Notes under the pieces: generated by a model
Seen by the model: only the letters and a program-made list of their open reading frames with translations
What the model was told of the DNA's origin: nothing
The model's database searches: none
In this document: piece by piece, positions 39,539-53,227 of the stretch
Layout: each line of letters opens with the position of its first letter
Position numbering within the stretch: position 1 is the stretch's first letter
Source: Octopus vulgaris
Taxonomy: Eukaryota
Assembly (NCBI GenBank): GCA_951406725.2
Contig: OX597840.1
Span: 30,814,001-30,878,000, forward strand
Direction of reading: 5' to 3'
DNA length: 64,000 nucleotides
Program-made: the position numbers and the translations under genes

Positions 39539-39595
<57 letters not shown>

Positions 39596-41395
39596 CTGTG
39601 TCTGTGTTTGTCCCCCCAACATCGCTTGGCAACCGATGCTGGTGTGTTTACATCCCCGTAACTTAACAGTTCGGCAAAAGAGACCAATAGAATAAGTACT
39701 AGGCTTACAAAGAAATAAGTCCTCGGGTCGATTTGCATGACTAAGGGCAGTGCTCTAGCATGACCACAGTCAAATGACTGAAACAAGTAGAAGAGTATCT
39801 CTCCCTAGGTATCAAAATACCTCCATCATTTACATCAAAACTGTCTCCCGACACCCTCACTCTTACCAGTTCCTTCACTTTCGCAATTTTATCTCTCTGC
39901 GTCCGCACCCTCATATTTATACGGTTCATTTTCTGTTTCTTCCCCACTCTCTTGCAGGGACATGCTCAACTGGTTAAGGTCAAACAACTGACAAGCAAAT
40001 CTGTGGTATTGAGCAGAATATTTGCTGTAGCCCATCTTTTATACCAAGACAAAACAATGTACATGATAACACTTCCAATCAGTTAAGATCAGAAGCCATG
40101 AGAGCCACTGCCTGGTACTGCATCAGGGCACTAATATTATTATTATTATTATTATTAATAATAATAATGGAATCATGTTCAATAGAAGAGACTGTCTAGA
40201 TGAAATTAAACCTTAAGGAGTGGGCAGCTGGGACAAAATTAGTTTACGGAGGGGCCCAACTTTGCATATAGGACCCACGGTGATATTATTAAGTTATTTT
40301 TCATTTTTTGTTTGTAAAAAAAAATAAAACTCGAGTCTTGTATACCATCAATTATAGTAAAAATTGGATGGATTTGGTAATTTAAACAGGAAAATATAAC
40401 TCAGAATATGGTGAAGGGTGTGCAAAATAAGGGGTTTTTACTGCTTTTTTGACTTTGAGATAAAATATCATCATCATCATCGTTTAACGTCCGTTCTCCA
40501 TGCTAGCATGGGTTGGACGGTTCGACCGGGGATCTGGGAAGCCAGAAGGCTGCACCAGGCTCCAGTCTGATCTGGCAGTGATTCTACAGCTGGATGCCCT
40601 TCCTAACCACCAACCACTCCGTGAGTGTAGTGGGTGCTTTTTACGTGCCACCGACACAGGTGCCAGGGGAGGCTGGCAACAGCCAGGATCAGATTGGTGC
40701 ATTTTACGTGTCACCAGCACGGAAGTCAGTCAAGGTGGCGCTGGCATCGGCCACGTTCAGATGGTGCTTTTTATGTGCCACTGGCACAGGGATCACAACT
40801 GCAGTTTCCATTGATCTTTGATGTTGGTGTTCTTGACTCAAAGGATCTCCTCACGCACAGGGTCAAAACGGTGTTTCTTTACTTGCCAACTGCACAGGAG
40901 TCAGTCCATAGGATTGGTTCAATTTCGACTTCGCTTGCCTCAACAGGTCTTCGTGTGTCCAAGGAAGGAAAGGCATGCATAAGTGGGCTGGACTCACTTG
41001 TACTTTACAAATGTTCAGTACCTTACAAAAACTATACCAGCTAAGCAAATGGCCTTCCCTAAATGCATTAAAACCATTATAACATAATCTGGTTGCTATT
41101 TCAGAAAAAACTATCGCCGTTCTCTTTCAGCATGAAAAAAACAAATTTACCAGGGGCAAAATGAGTAAGACAAGATAAGGTAAATTTATGACTTCAGTTC
41201 TCCAGGACACAGACTCATACACATCAATATTGATCCCTAGACATTAGAAACATCAGAAATGCAAAAAAAAAAAAAAAAAAATTATCAAGGTCAAATGAAA
41301 GAGGGTCAGGGAAAAATGTAACATGATATGAAATTAACGAAACTCAACATAAAACATTGTTTAAAAAGTCCTATTATGTTTTTAGAATTAAATGT

Positions 41396-41794
41396 GGATC
41401 TTTTCGGTTTGAATGGCAGTTTTTAACATAATTTCTAGGTAACTAAAAAATTTTAAACTTCGTATACTGGTAGAATGTGTTTATAAAACATCTTTTTCTC
41501 TTGGCTTTATTGAGAAAATTCTATGGTTTGTAAGATATTTGTTGTCTATTTTCTTCAATTTCTGCAATTTCAACCAATCAATGACGTCTATTGAGGTAAA
41601 AAAAACAATCTGTGCCGTATGAATATGTCCCTCGTTTAAGAAACAGATTGCGTTTATTTACATTTGTGAAGAAAAAAAGATAAAGCCAAGAGAAAAAGAT
41701 GTTTTATAAACACATTCTAGCAGTAGACGAAGTTTAAAATTTTTTAGTTGCCTAGAAATTATGTTAAAAACTGCCGGTCAAACCGAAAAGACCC
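41396..41794. mobile_element. MITE with ~113-bp TIRs
   Basis: GGATCTTTTCGGTTTGA...CTCTTGGCTTTA / TAAAGCCAAGAG...TCAAACCGAAAAGACCC. No clear TSD; superfamily unassigned. Confidence 0.8.
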
Positions 41795-42825
41795 GAAAGA
41801 CATTCCAGATGCCACAGTCAGGGAGGAGCAAGAAAAGAAAGAATTCAAGCTGTTATTTCGGTTCTTAATAAAATGGAACAGTCCAGGGTGGAGAGGAATT
41901 TTAAACATATTCCCAGCGTCAAGGGACAATACTCAGGATGTAAGTTACCTCCCTTGGCCAATTTTATTTTTCTTCTATTTCTTCTTGTAACAGAACCGCA
42001 GCCACCAAAGAAGCATCACCAAGAAATATTTAATGCTAGTTCTTTCTCAACCATCTTTTATTTATGGAACCTTTCGATTCCTGTTTTGCCAGATCGATCC
42101 TGATAGCCGTTCATTTTTTTTAAATGTCCTATTATATTTTTAGAATTAAATGTTTTTAGAAATTGTTTTTAAAATGGATACACTTTTACTAATTTACTTT
42201 AGTCGGTATCCATTTTAAAAACAATTTCTAAAAACATTTAATTCTAAAAATTCTATAAGGCGGCGACCTGGCAGAACCGTTAGCACGCCGGGCGAAATGC
42301 GTAGCCGTATTTCGTCTGCCGTTACGTTCTGGGTTCAAATTCCGCCGAGGTCCACTTTGCCTTTCATCCTTTCGGGGTCGATAAATTAAGTGCCAGTTAC
42401 GCACTGGGGTCGATGTAATCGACTTCATACCTATGTCTGTCCTTGTTTGTCCTCTCTATGTTTAGCCCCTTGTGGGCAGTAAAGAAATAACTAATTTACT
42501 TTAGTCGAGCAAATAGGCTCCAGGACTTATTCTTTGTAAGCCTAGTACTTTGAAAAAAAAAAGAATCTTTGTAACATGAACACACTGAATGGACTTTGTA
42601 CAATTTTAATATGTTCAAAAAATAGAATCTGTATAAAAACATTTGAGAAGTAACAGAAAACTTGTATAAAATATGCAGTCAAGTTTATGTGTATATGCGT
42701 CTGTGCATTTTGGTTATGTTGCATATGAGTTTATGGGTTTATGATACACATATATACGATGGGTTTCTTTAGAAAGTGTGTGGTAAAGCAAAATTTTTTT
42801 GCTGAACCCTAATTATATAAAATAA

Positions 42826-43335
42826 CTAGCAGTATCGCCCGGCGTTGCTCAGGTTTATAAGGGAAATAACTATATAAGCATTTTTAGAGAGTTACTTCCC
42901 TTATAGATGCCAATTCGAGCTTTCTTAGCCATTTCTGTTTTGGTGTCTTCAAGCCATGAAGTCGTTGTTCTAAAAGAACGCTGGTCTCCTTGACAACGCT
43001 TTACGACGTTGATTTCCTTACACTCCCTTCCCCACAGCTTCACGAGAGAGGGAAGGGGGAGAAGCAAACAGGTGCAGCTGTGACCATGGACGCCAACTCC
43101 GCCGCCATCGACACACGAAAAATTATGCATTAAAATGGAATAAAAAATGATGTTAAATTATTTTTAAAATCGTAGACTCATTGTAGACGCGCGCTAATAC
43201 CCAGACGGGCTCGATATGAATCACGACTATAAGATACCCAAATTTGGTTAAACTACACCGCAAAATGTGGGAGTAGTTAGTAATCTAAATCGAAGGGGAC
43301 AGACACTCACACAACTACAGTTTTATATATATAGA
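42826..43335 (-). mobile_element. Non-autonomous Helitron (same family as 13005)
   Basis: Same 3' hairpin + CTAG|T, A|TC start and shared internal segments. Confidence 0.85.
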
Positions 43336-44089
43336 TGTTTAAATTTACCGTAAATGGTCCTTTTACATACTGAACACTGCTTGGTAAAATTATTAATTAC
43401 TAACTAATTAATTAATTTTACCCTTATTATTATTATTGAAAATATATATATACATATATACGACGGGCTTCTTTCAGTTTCCATCTACCAAATCTACTCA
43501 CAAGGCTTTGGTCGGCCCGAGACTATAGTAGAAGACACTTGCCCGAGGTGCCACAGAGTGGGACTGAACCCGGACCCATGTGGTTGGTAAGCAAGCTACT
43601 TACACACAGCCACTCCTACGCCTATATATATATTCTCTTTCCTCTTTCTCTTTACTTGTTTCAGTCATTTGACTGCGGCCATGCTGGAGCACCGCCTTTG
43701 ATCGAGCGAATCGACCCCAGGACTTATTCTTTGTAAGCCCAGTACTTATTCTATCGGTCTCTTTTGCCAAACCGCTACGTTATGGGGACGTAAACACACC
43801 ACCATCGGTTGTCAAACAATGCTAGGGGAACAAACACAGACACACAAACACACACACACATACATATATATATATACATACATATATACGACAGGCTTCT
43901 TTCAGTTTCCGTCTACCAAATCCACTCACAAGGCATTGGTCGGCCCAAGGCTATAGTAGAAGACACTTGCCCAAGGTGCCACAGAGTGGGACTGAACCCG
44001 GACCCATGTGGTTGGTAAGCAAGCTACTTACACACAGCCACTCCTACGCCTATATATATATGTATGTATATAATATATATAAGTTTAAA

Positions 44090-44326
44090 TAGATTTTAAA
44101 ATAACCACCTTAAGGGATAGAAAATATTAGACTCTCCAAGATGTAGTTCAAAACATGTCTAGAAGAGTCAACTTATGTATTGAAAAGGAAGGACGATACT
44201 TTCAGCACCTCTTATAAAGTTTTTTAAAGTCTTGTAAAATCTCTAATATATTCTTTTGTAGTGTTATACCATCTTATAGATATTTATTTTGCAATAAAAC
44301 ACTTACTGTGGAGAGACTTTTTGAAC

Positions 44327-44330
<4 letters not shown>
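44090..44330 (+). mobile_element. Tc1/mariner 3' remnant
   Basis: VVQNMSRRVNLCIEKEGRYFQHLL* transposase C-terminus, followed by the TIR-like CTTTTTGAACACCCTA|TA. Confidence 0.65.
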
Positions 44331-44364
<34 letters not shown>

Positions 44365-44434
44365 TATATATATATATGTACATATATAGATGTATATATG
44401 TACGTCTGCAGATATATATATATATATGTAGATG

Positions 44435-44508
<74 letters not shown>

Positions 44509-44707
44509 TGTGCATATGAATGTGTTTTAAGTCTATGTACTTCTATATATGTGTGAGTCTGCATATAAGTGTGTATATAAATATATGAAACTAAATGGGA
44601 ATTTGAACAATCCATCAACGGTTGTGTTCCTCTGAATATTCCAACCCCACCCTACCCCACCACAACCATGATCAGCACCAACAGCAGCCGTTCAAGAATT
44701 TGGACCC

Positions 44708-45388
44708 GGAGATCTCTATTTCCAGTGACTTCGAGGGCCACCTCCCAATGGTGTTGGGCGTCAACAAAGAGCCCTGGAGATCTCTATTTCCAGTGACTTC
44801 GAGGGCCACCTCCCAATGGTGTCGGGCGTCAACAAAGAGCCCTGGAGATCTCTATTTCCAGCGACTTCGAGGGCCACCTCCCAATGGTGTCGGGCGTCAA
44901 CAAAGAGCCCTGGAGATCTCTATTTCCAGCGACTTCGAGGGCCACCTTCCAGTGGTGTCTTGCGTCAACAAAGAGCCCAGGAGATCTCCATTTCCAGTGA
45001 CTTCGAGGGCCACCTTCCAGTGGTGTCGGGCGTCAACAAAGAGCCCTGGAGATCTCTATTTCCAGCGACTTCGAGGGCCACCTTCCAGTGGTGTCTTGCG
45101 TCAACAAAGAGCCCAGGAGATCTCCATTTCCAGTGACTTCGAGGGCCACCTTCCAGTGGTGTCGGGCGTCAACAAAGAGCCCTGGAGATCTCTATTTCCA
45201 GCGACTTCGAGGGCCACCTTCCAGTGGTGTCAGGCGTCAACAAAGAGCCCAGGAGATCTCCATTTCCAGTGACTTCGAGGGCCACCTTCCAGTGGTGTCG
45301 GGCGTCAACAAAGAGCCCTGGAGATCTCTATTTCAAGCAACTTCGAGGGCCACCTCCCAATGCCGTCAGGCGTCAACGAAGAGCCCTC
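44708..45388. repeat. GC-rich 68-bp minisatellite, 10 copies
   Basis: Unit GGAGATCTCYATTTCCAGYGACTTCGAGGGCCACCTYCCARTGGTGTCGGGCGTCAACAAAGAGCCCW. Confidence 0.95.
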
Positions 45389-47701
45389 GGCTACAACAAG
45401 ACGACCAAAGTTTTTCTTTTCCAAGGTCTGGGGTCTCCTGCCCCTAAGCCCTAGACCATCACCTAATCACCCTTACCCGTCTTGTTGCTTAACAAGAACA
45501 GCACCAGTAGCAGTCGATGCAGCGCCACCATTCATGATACGATGAGTGAGGTTATTCCAAAGGCTCCATATCGGTAATCTCCATTCTTTGTTCGTGATGC
45601 CAAGATGGAAGGGACCATTTCCAGGAGACTGCTTTAACCCATTTAAACCGGCCAGGCTTAGGAGTGGTGGCTGTGTGGTAAGTTGCTTGCTTACGAGCTG
45701 CATGGTTCTGGGTTCAGTCCCACTGTGTGACACCTTGGGCAAGTGCCTTCTACTATAGCCTCGGGCCGACCAAAGCCTTGTGAGTGGGTTTCGTAGATGG
45801 AAACTGAAAGAAGCCCGTCGTATATATATATATATATATATATATCATCATCATCGTTTAGCGTCCGTTTTCCATGCTAGGATGGGTTAGACGGTTCAAC
45901 TGGGGTCTGTGAAGCCAGAAGGCTTTATCAGGCCTAGTCAGATCTGGCAGTGTTTCTACGGCTGGATGCCCTTCCTAATGCCAACCACTCAGTGAGTGTA
46001 GTGGGTGCTTTATATATATATATATATATATATGTGCGTGTGTGTGTTTGTGTGTCTGTGTTTGTCACCCAACATCGCTTGACAACCGATGCTGGTGTGT
46101 TTATGTACCCGTAACTTAGCGATTCGGCAAAAAGAGACCGATAGAATAAGTACTGGGCTTACAAAGAATAAGTCCCGGGGTCGATTTGCTCGACTAAAGG
46201 TGGTGCTCCAGCATGGCTGCAGTCAAATGACTGAAACGAGTAAAAGAGTAAAGAGTATATCTGGCCCAAATACTCTATCCATTGTATGTTTTCAAACCAG
46301 CTAGATCCGGCCTGTCACACGTACCCCACAATGTCATTCTAAAAATAAACAATCAAATCATTGAAACCTTGAAGCTATGAGATACTCTCTCTCTTTACTC
46401 TTTTACTTGTTTCAGTCATTTGACTGCGGCCATGCTGGAGCACTGCCTTTAATCGAGCAATTCGATCCCGGGACTTATTCTTTTGTAAGCCCAGTACTTA
46501 TTCTATCAGTCTCTTTTGCCGAACTGCTAAGTAACGGGGACATAAACACACCAGCATCGGTTGTCAAGCAATGCTAGGGGAACAAACACAGACACACAAA
46601 CACTCATATATATATACATATATACGACGGGCTTCTTTCAGTTTCCGTCTACCAAATCCACTCACAGGGCTTTGGTCGGCCCGAGACTATAGTAGAAGAC
46701 ACTTGCCCAAGGTGCCACGCAGTGGGACTGAATCCGGAACCATGTGGTTGGTAGACAAGCTACTTACCACACAGCCACATCCATGATTAATTCAAAACAA
46801 TGTGAATAAATAAGTATTAAATTGGAAAGACCAATCTGAAGGGTCAAACTAGCCATATAGGGGCCAAATATTCTAGCAGTTTTATGTTCAAATTGACCAG
46901 ATCTGACCTCTCACACCTACCCTACAATGTCATTCTAAAAATAAGCAATTACATCATTGAAGTCTCAAAACTACAAGATGGATGGAAGCACTCCGTCGGT
47001 TACGACGACGAGGGTTCCGGTTGATCCGAATCAACGGAACAGCCTGCTCGTGAAATTACCGTGCAAGTGGCTGAGCACTCCACAGACACGTGTACCCTTA
47101 ACGTAGTTCTCGGGGATATTCAGCGTGACACAGAGAGTGACAGGTACAACAGAAACAGGAAGTAAGAGTGAGAGAAAGTTGTGGTGAAAAAGTACAGCAG
47201 GGATCACCACCATCCCCTGCCGGAGCCTCGTGGAGCCTTTAGGTGTTTTCGCTCAATAAACACTCACAACGCCCAGTCTGGGAATCGAAACCGCAATCCT
47301 ATGACCGTGAGTCTGCTGCCCTAACCACTGGGCCATTGCGCCTCCACTATGTATATATATATATATATATATGTGTATATATGTATTTCTTTATTTTCTG
47401 CAAACAAAATGCACAAAAAAGCTACACGTTTGCATTAGGTTATATATACAATAATAATAAAGGACGTTACCGTATACAGTTTTACAAACCATGATAGATC
47501 GTTAGCTCCTATACACATTTTTTTCTCTCCTTGTTTTTTTCTGTGTATCTTTCTGTTGAAGAGTGTAGGCTCAAAACATAAAAGACTTTATCTATTCCTG
47601 AGCGCTATACTAATACATTTGTTTGTTTGTACTCCACCTGCCTTCATCTTTTGTTTATTTTCGTAAACCTTCCCGTTATATATGTATGTATGTGTGTATG
47701 A

Positions 47702-47733
<32 letters not shown>

Positions 47734-47738
47734 GTGTA

Positions 47739-48252
47739 GCGTAAATCCTCGAGTATAGTCCGCCCTTGAGTATAATATGCAGGGGATTTTCAGGGGGCTG
47801 TACCTCTGAAAAACCAAAACCTTGTGTATAATACGCACCCCTTCTCTAACTTGAGTCAAGGAAGTCTATATAACGTCCTTGGTTTGTAAAAATGTATACG
47901 GTAACATCCTTTATTATTGTTGTATATATAACATAATGCAAACGTGTAGCTTTTTTGTGCATTTTGTTTGCAGAAAATAAAGAAATAACAGTAAAAACGT
48001 TTAATAAATGTTGCTTACTGCAAGTTATGGATGATTCTTTTATGACTTCATTGCTTTCAGGCTTAGCTTAAGGTATTCTCACAACTGACATCACAAAATG
48101 CGTCTGAATAAACATTGCCGGACAGCAAATAGAGACTTGGACATTGCTTAGAAAATAATTTTCATTTTTAACCTCGTATTTAGTACGCACTAGGGATTTT
48201 GACCTTTAAATTTTGGGGGGAAAAAATGCGGATTATACTCGAGGATTTACGG
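47739..48252. mobile_element. Tc2/pogo-like MITE, second copy
   Basis: Near-identical to 18702-19213. An inverted copy of its internal ~105 bp lies at ~47384-47491. Confidence 0.85.
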
Positions 48253-49291
48253 TACTTCTGAAGCAACTACAAATAAGAAACTTGGTCAGGATCTTGTAGT
48301 GGGCTCTGATTGCAAACCCGGATGTTGCATATGTGCATATGCGCATATGCATGTGTGTGTGTGTGTGTGTGTAAAAATTTACCCTTGATTGTTATTTCTG
48401 TTTTATTTATAGGTTTTTTTAGAAATTATTATTTACAATAGTGTATTGGTGTCTTCATTAAATTATTTGTGTAAGGAACTTGCTTTGCACTCAAAAGGTT
48501 TCACGTTCAAGTCACACTGCACAGCACCTTGTGACTTCTACTCTTGCTCCCAGGCCGACCAACGCCTTGATGCCTCATGAGGGAACTTGGTAGAAGTAAA
48601 CAGTGTGGAAGCCATCATATATGTGTGTCTGTGCATACATATATAAAAATATATGTAGTGGAGGCGCAATGGCCCAGTGGTTAGGGCAGCGGACTCACGG
48701 TCATAGGATTGCGGTTTCGATTCCCAGACCGGGCGTTGTGAGTGTTTATTGAGCGAAAACACCTAAAAGCTCCACGAGGCTCTGGCAGGGGATGGTGGTG
48801 ATCCCTGCTGTACTCTTTCACCACAACTTTCTCTCACTCTTACTTCCTGTTTCTGTTGTACCTGTATTTCAAGGGGCCGGCCTTGTCACTCTCTGTGTCA
48901 CGCTGAATATCCCCGAGACCTACGTTAAGGGTGCACGTGTCTGTGGAGTGCTCAGCCACTTACACGTTAATTTCACGAGCAAGCTGTTCCGTTGATTCGG
49001 ATCAACCGGAACCCTCATCGTCGAAACCGACGGAGTGCTTCCAAATATATATGTATGTATATGTATGTATATGTGTGTGTATATATGTAAATAGATGTAT
49101 TTTTCCCTTGTTAACAATTAACACGGAAAAAATAGATAAATAGTTACCAGGGTAGCAAATAATCCCACAAGTAAAGAGGTTGTAACTCCTTGTTTTTAAA
49201 GGTAGAAACTTCAGGTTTACGTTCAGTAAATCACCATACATTTCCATCATTTTCTGTTAAGATGTCTTATTGACAAGTTTCATTTCTTCAC

Positions 49292-49376
49292 TTCCCTGAA
49301 GAGAAGGTTACACTGTTTTACACCATTTTAGTCCTTTGGAATAATATCAATGATACCTTCGAAACATATGTTGGAA
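49292..49376 (+). ncRNA. Type-I hammerhead motif with extended stem-loop II
   Basis: TTCC-CTGAAGA-GAAGGT-(46 nt)-ACCTTC-GAAA-CATATG-TT-GGAA. Confidence 0.65.
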
Positions 49377-49838
49377 ATTAAAAGTATTTGAATGATACCT
49401 GCGTTAAACTCCATTTATTTATATATATATATAGGCACAGGAGTGGCTGTGTGGTAAGTAGCTTGCTAACCAACCACATGGTTCCGGGTTCAGTCCTACT
49501 GCATGGCATCTTGGGCAAGTGTCTTCTGCTATAGCCCCAGGCCGACCAATGTCTTGTGAGTGGACTTGGTAGACGGAAACTGAAAGAAGCCTGTCGTATA
49601 TATGTATATATATATGTATGTGTATGTGTTTGTGTGTCTGTGTTTGTACCCCTAGCATTGCTTGACAACTGATGCTGGTGTGTTTACGTCCCCGTCACTT
49701 AGCGGTTCGGCAAAAGAGACCGATAGAATAAGTACTGGGCTTACAAAGAATAAGTCCCGGGGTCGAGTTGCTCGACTAAAGGCGGTGCTCCAGCATGGCC
49801 GCAGTCAAATGACTGAAACATGTAAAAGAGTATATATA

Positions 49839-52800
49839 CAGGTTGCAATGGGTAAATTGTTGTCATTTTATATTTTTAATTTCACGCATGTGCATTGTTT
49901 GTTTTTGATTTTGCAGACTACACAGTATAGTAGGGTCAGTTGGGCACCATCTGAGAGAACCCTGACGCAATTCACTCCGCCAGGAATTTGGAAATAACAT
50001 GCTGTACTGCTTGGCATTCACGCCAGAAGCTCAAATACGAACATTTCAGAGTGTTTGGGTGTCAACGTGAGGAGAGTGCAGAAGATTCGGAAAGAGTTGG
50101 ATGAGTTTAATGGTGATTACGAAGGTACAGCAGCTTGGAAACCTCAATCTGGTTGTTCTGATAAGAAAAGAACTCCTGAATTTGTTGGTGAGATCCAGGC
50201 CATGATTGACAACGATCCCTCCAAGTCAATCAGGTCCATCCCCGGGGGCATGGGACTGTCTGAGTTTCTTATCAGGCAGACACTGCATGCTTGGTAGCAT
50301 TTCATCCAACTTCACATTGAGTTCAAATTCCGCCAAGGTCGACTTTGCCTTTCATCTTTCGGAGTCGATTAAATAAATACCAGTTACGCACTAGGGTCGA
50401 TATAATTGACTTAATCCGTTTGTCTGTCCTTGTTTGTCCCTTCTGTGTTTGGCCCCTTGTGGGTAGTAAAGAAATAGGTATTTCATCTGCTGCTACGTTC
50501 TGAGTTCAAATTCCACCGAGGTCGACTTTACCTTTCATCCTTTCGGGGTCGATTAAATAAATACCAGTTACGCACTGGGGTCAATACAATTGACTTAATC
50601 CGTTTGTCTGTCCTTGTTTGTCCTCTCTGTGATTAGCCCCTTGTGGGTAGTAAAGAAATAGGTATTTCATCTGCTGCTACGTTCTGAGTTCAAATTCCAC
50701 CAAGGTCGACTTTACCTTTCATCCTTTCGGTCTCGATAAATTAAGTACCAGTTACATACTGGGGTCGATGTAATCGACTTAATCCGTTTGTCTGTCCTTG
50801 TTTGTCCTCTCTGTGTTTAGCCCCTTGTGGGTAGTAAAGAAATAGGTATTTCATCTGCTGCTATGTTCTGATTTCAAATTCTGCCAAGGTCGACTTTGCC
50901 TTTCATCTTTCGGAGTTGATTAAATAAATACCAGTTACGCACTGAGGTCGATATAATTGACTTAATACGTTTGTCTGTCCTCGTTTGTCCTCTCTGCGTT
51001 TAGCCCCTTGTCGGTAGTAAAGAAATAGGTATTTCATCTGCTGCTACGTTCTGATTTCAAATTCTGCCAAGGTCGACTTTGCCTTTCATCTTTCGGAGTT
51101 GATTAAATAAATACCAGTTACGCACTGGGGTCGATATAATTGACTTAATACGTTTGTCTGTCCTTGTTTGTCCTCTCTGCGTTTAGCCCCTTGTCGGTAG
51201 TAAAGAAATAGGTATTTCATCTGTTGCTACGTTCTGATTTCAAATTCTGCCAAGGTCGACTTTGCCTTTCATCTTTCGGAGTTGATTAAATAAATACCAG
51301 TTACGCACTGGGGTCGATATAATTGACTTAATACGTTTGTCTATCCTTGTTTGTCCTCTCTGTGTTTAGCCCCTTGTGGATAGTAAAGAAATAGGTATTT
51401 CATCTGCTGCTACATTCTGAGTTCAAATTCTGCCAAGATCGACTTTGCCTTTCATCTTTCGGAGTTGATTAAATAAATACCAGTTATGCACTGGGGTCGA
51501 TATAATTGACTTAATACGTTTGTCTGTCCTTGTTTGTCCTCTCTGTGTTTAGCCCCTTGTGGGTAGTAAAGAAATAGGTATTTCATCTGCCACTACGTTC
51601 TGAGTTCAAATTCCGCCGAGGTCGACTTTACCTTTCATCCTTTCGGGGACGATTAAATAAATACCAGTTATGCACTGGGGTCAATACAATTGACTTAATC
51701 CGTTTGTCCCTTCTGTGTTTAGCCCCTTGTGGGTCGACTTTACCTTTCATCCTTTCGGAGTCGATAAATTAAGCACCAGTGAAACACTGGGGTCAATGTA
51801 ATCAACTAGTCCCCTCCCACACATACAAGGGCCATGAGAAAGGGCCAATTTTTAGCTCAAGCCATCAAGGACAAGAGGAAAGACCACGCTACAAAGCTTT
51901 TGAACAAACTCGAGCATGCCCTTCAACTGAACATGCTTTGATTCTTTTTTCAGACAAGAAAAATTTCTTCCAGGATCAAATGGTGAACACACAGAACCGA
52001 TAAAGTACCAGTGCGTAACTGGTACTTAATTTATCAACCCCGAAAGGATGAAAGGCAAAGTTGACCTCGGCGGAATTTGAACTCAGAACGTAAAGACAGA
52101 CGAAATGCCGCTAAGCATTTCGTCGGGCATGCTAACAATACTGCCAGCCCTCCACCTTACTGTTAAGTTACAGGGATGTAAACACATCCTCCGCTGCATT
52201 CATGTTTGTCACCCACGACTGCTTGTCAAGCACTGGTGGGTGATGAACATGGACACACACACACACCTCAGACTTCTTTCAGTATGAGCCTATAGTAGGA
52301 GACACTTACTCAAGGTGCCACACAGGGGGACTGAACCTGGAACCATGTGGTTGGGAAACAAACTTCTTACCACACTGCCATGTCTGCACCTACTTGTGTA
52401 AATTAGCTCCAAGATCGCTTAACTCTAACAACAAAAGCCATGTGATGGCCGTTTGTATTGTTCTTTTGGTATAATTTGGTACTATTTTAAGATTGATGAA
52501 GTAGTTACAAAAGTAAGGTACCGAGAGTGATGAAAATCCAGCATCATGGTGTTTGGAGTAATCACTAGTGATGGCAACATTATGCCTCCATTCATCTTCC
52601 CACATGGCCTCAGGCTCAACACGGAGGCCTACATCAAGTGCCTGGAGGAAGCAGTGCTGCCCTGGGTCAAGAGGGTAGCGGCTGGAAGACCCTATGTCTG
52701 GCAACAGGCCTCTGCACGATGCCACACAAGCAGGAGAACCTAGTCATGGCTGTGAGACAATTTCTGCCACCACATCACTCCTAACATCTGGCCACCTAAC

Positions 52801-53184
52801 GCCCTAGACTGCAACCCCTTTGATTAATATATGTAAGGCACAGTTGAGTAAGGGATCAACAAAACTCCTTGTAACACCAAAGATGAACTGAAGGCAAGGA
52901 TTATGGCACCATTCACCAACTTAAACAAGGAGACCATCCAGAAGAGTTGCAGGAGATTCTGAAGTCGTCTGGAGTTTGTGATTGAAGCCAATGGCGATTT
53001 TATTGAATAAATTTACTCTTTAGGTGCAGGAGTGGCTGTGTGGTAAGTAGCTTGCTAACCAACCACATGGTTCCGGGTTCAATCCCACTGCGTGGCATCT
53101 TGGGCAAGTGTCTTCTGCTATAGCCCCGGGCCGACCAATGCCGTGTGAGTGGATTTGGTAGACAGAAACTGAAAGAAGCCTGTC

Positions 53185-53227
<43 letters not shown>

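Noticed and set aside
44622-45454. Overlapping 76-216-aa ORFs
   Set aside because: The 68-bp period is not a multiple of three, so the same peptides cycle through frames: a by-product of a stop-poor GC-rich repeat.
48658-48735. tRNA genes at SINE heads
   Set aside because: A/B boxes are present but continue into SINE bodies; no complete cloverleaf was verified.
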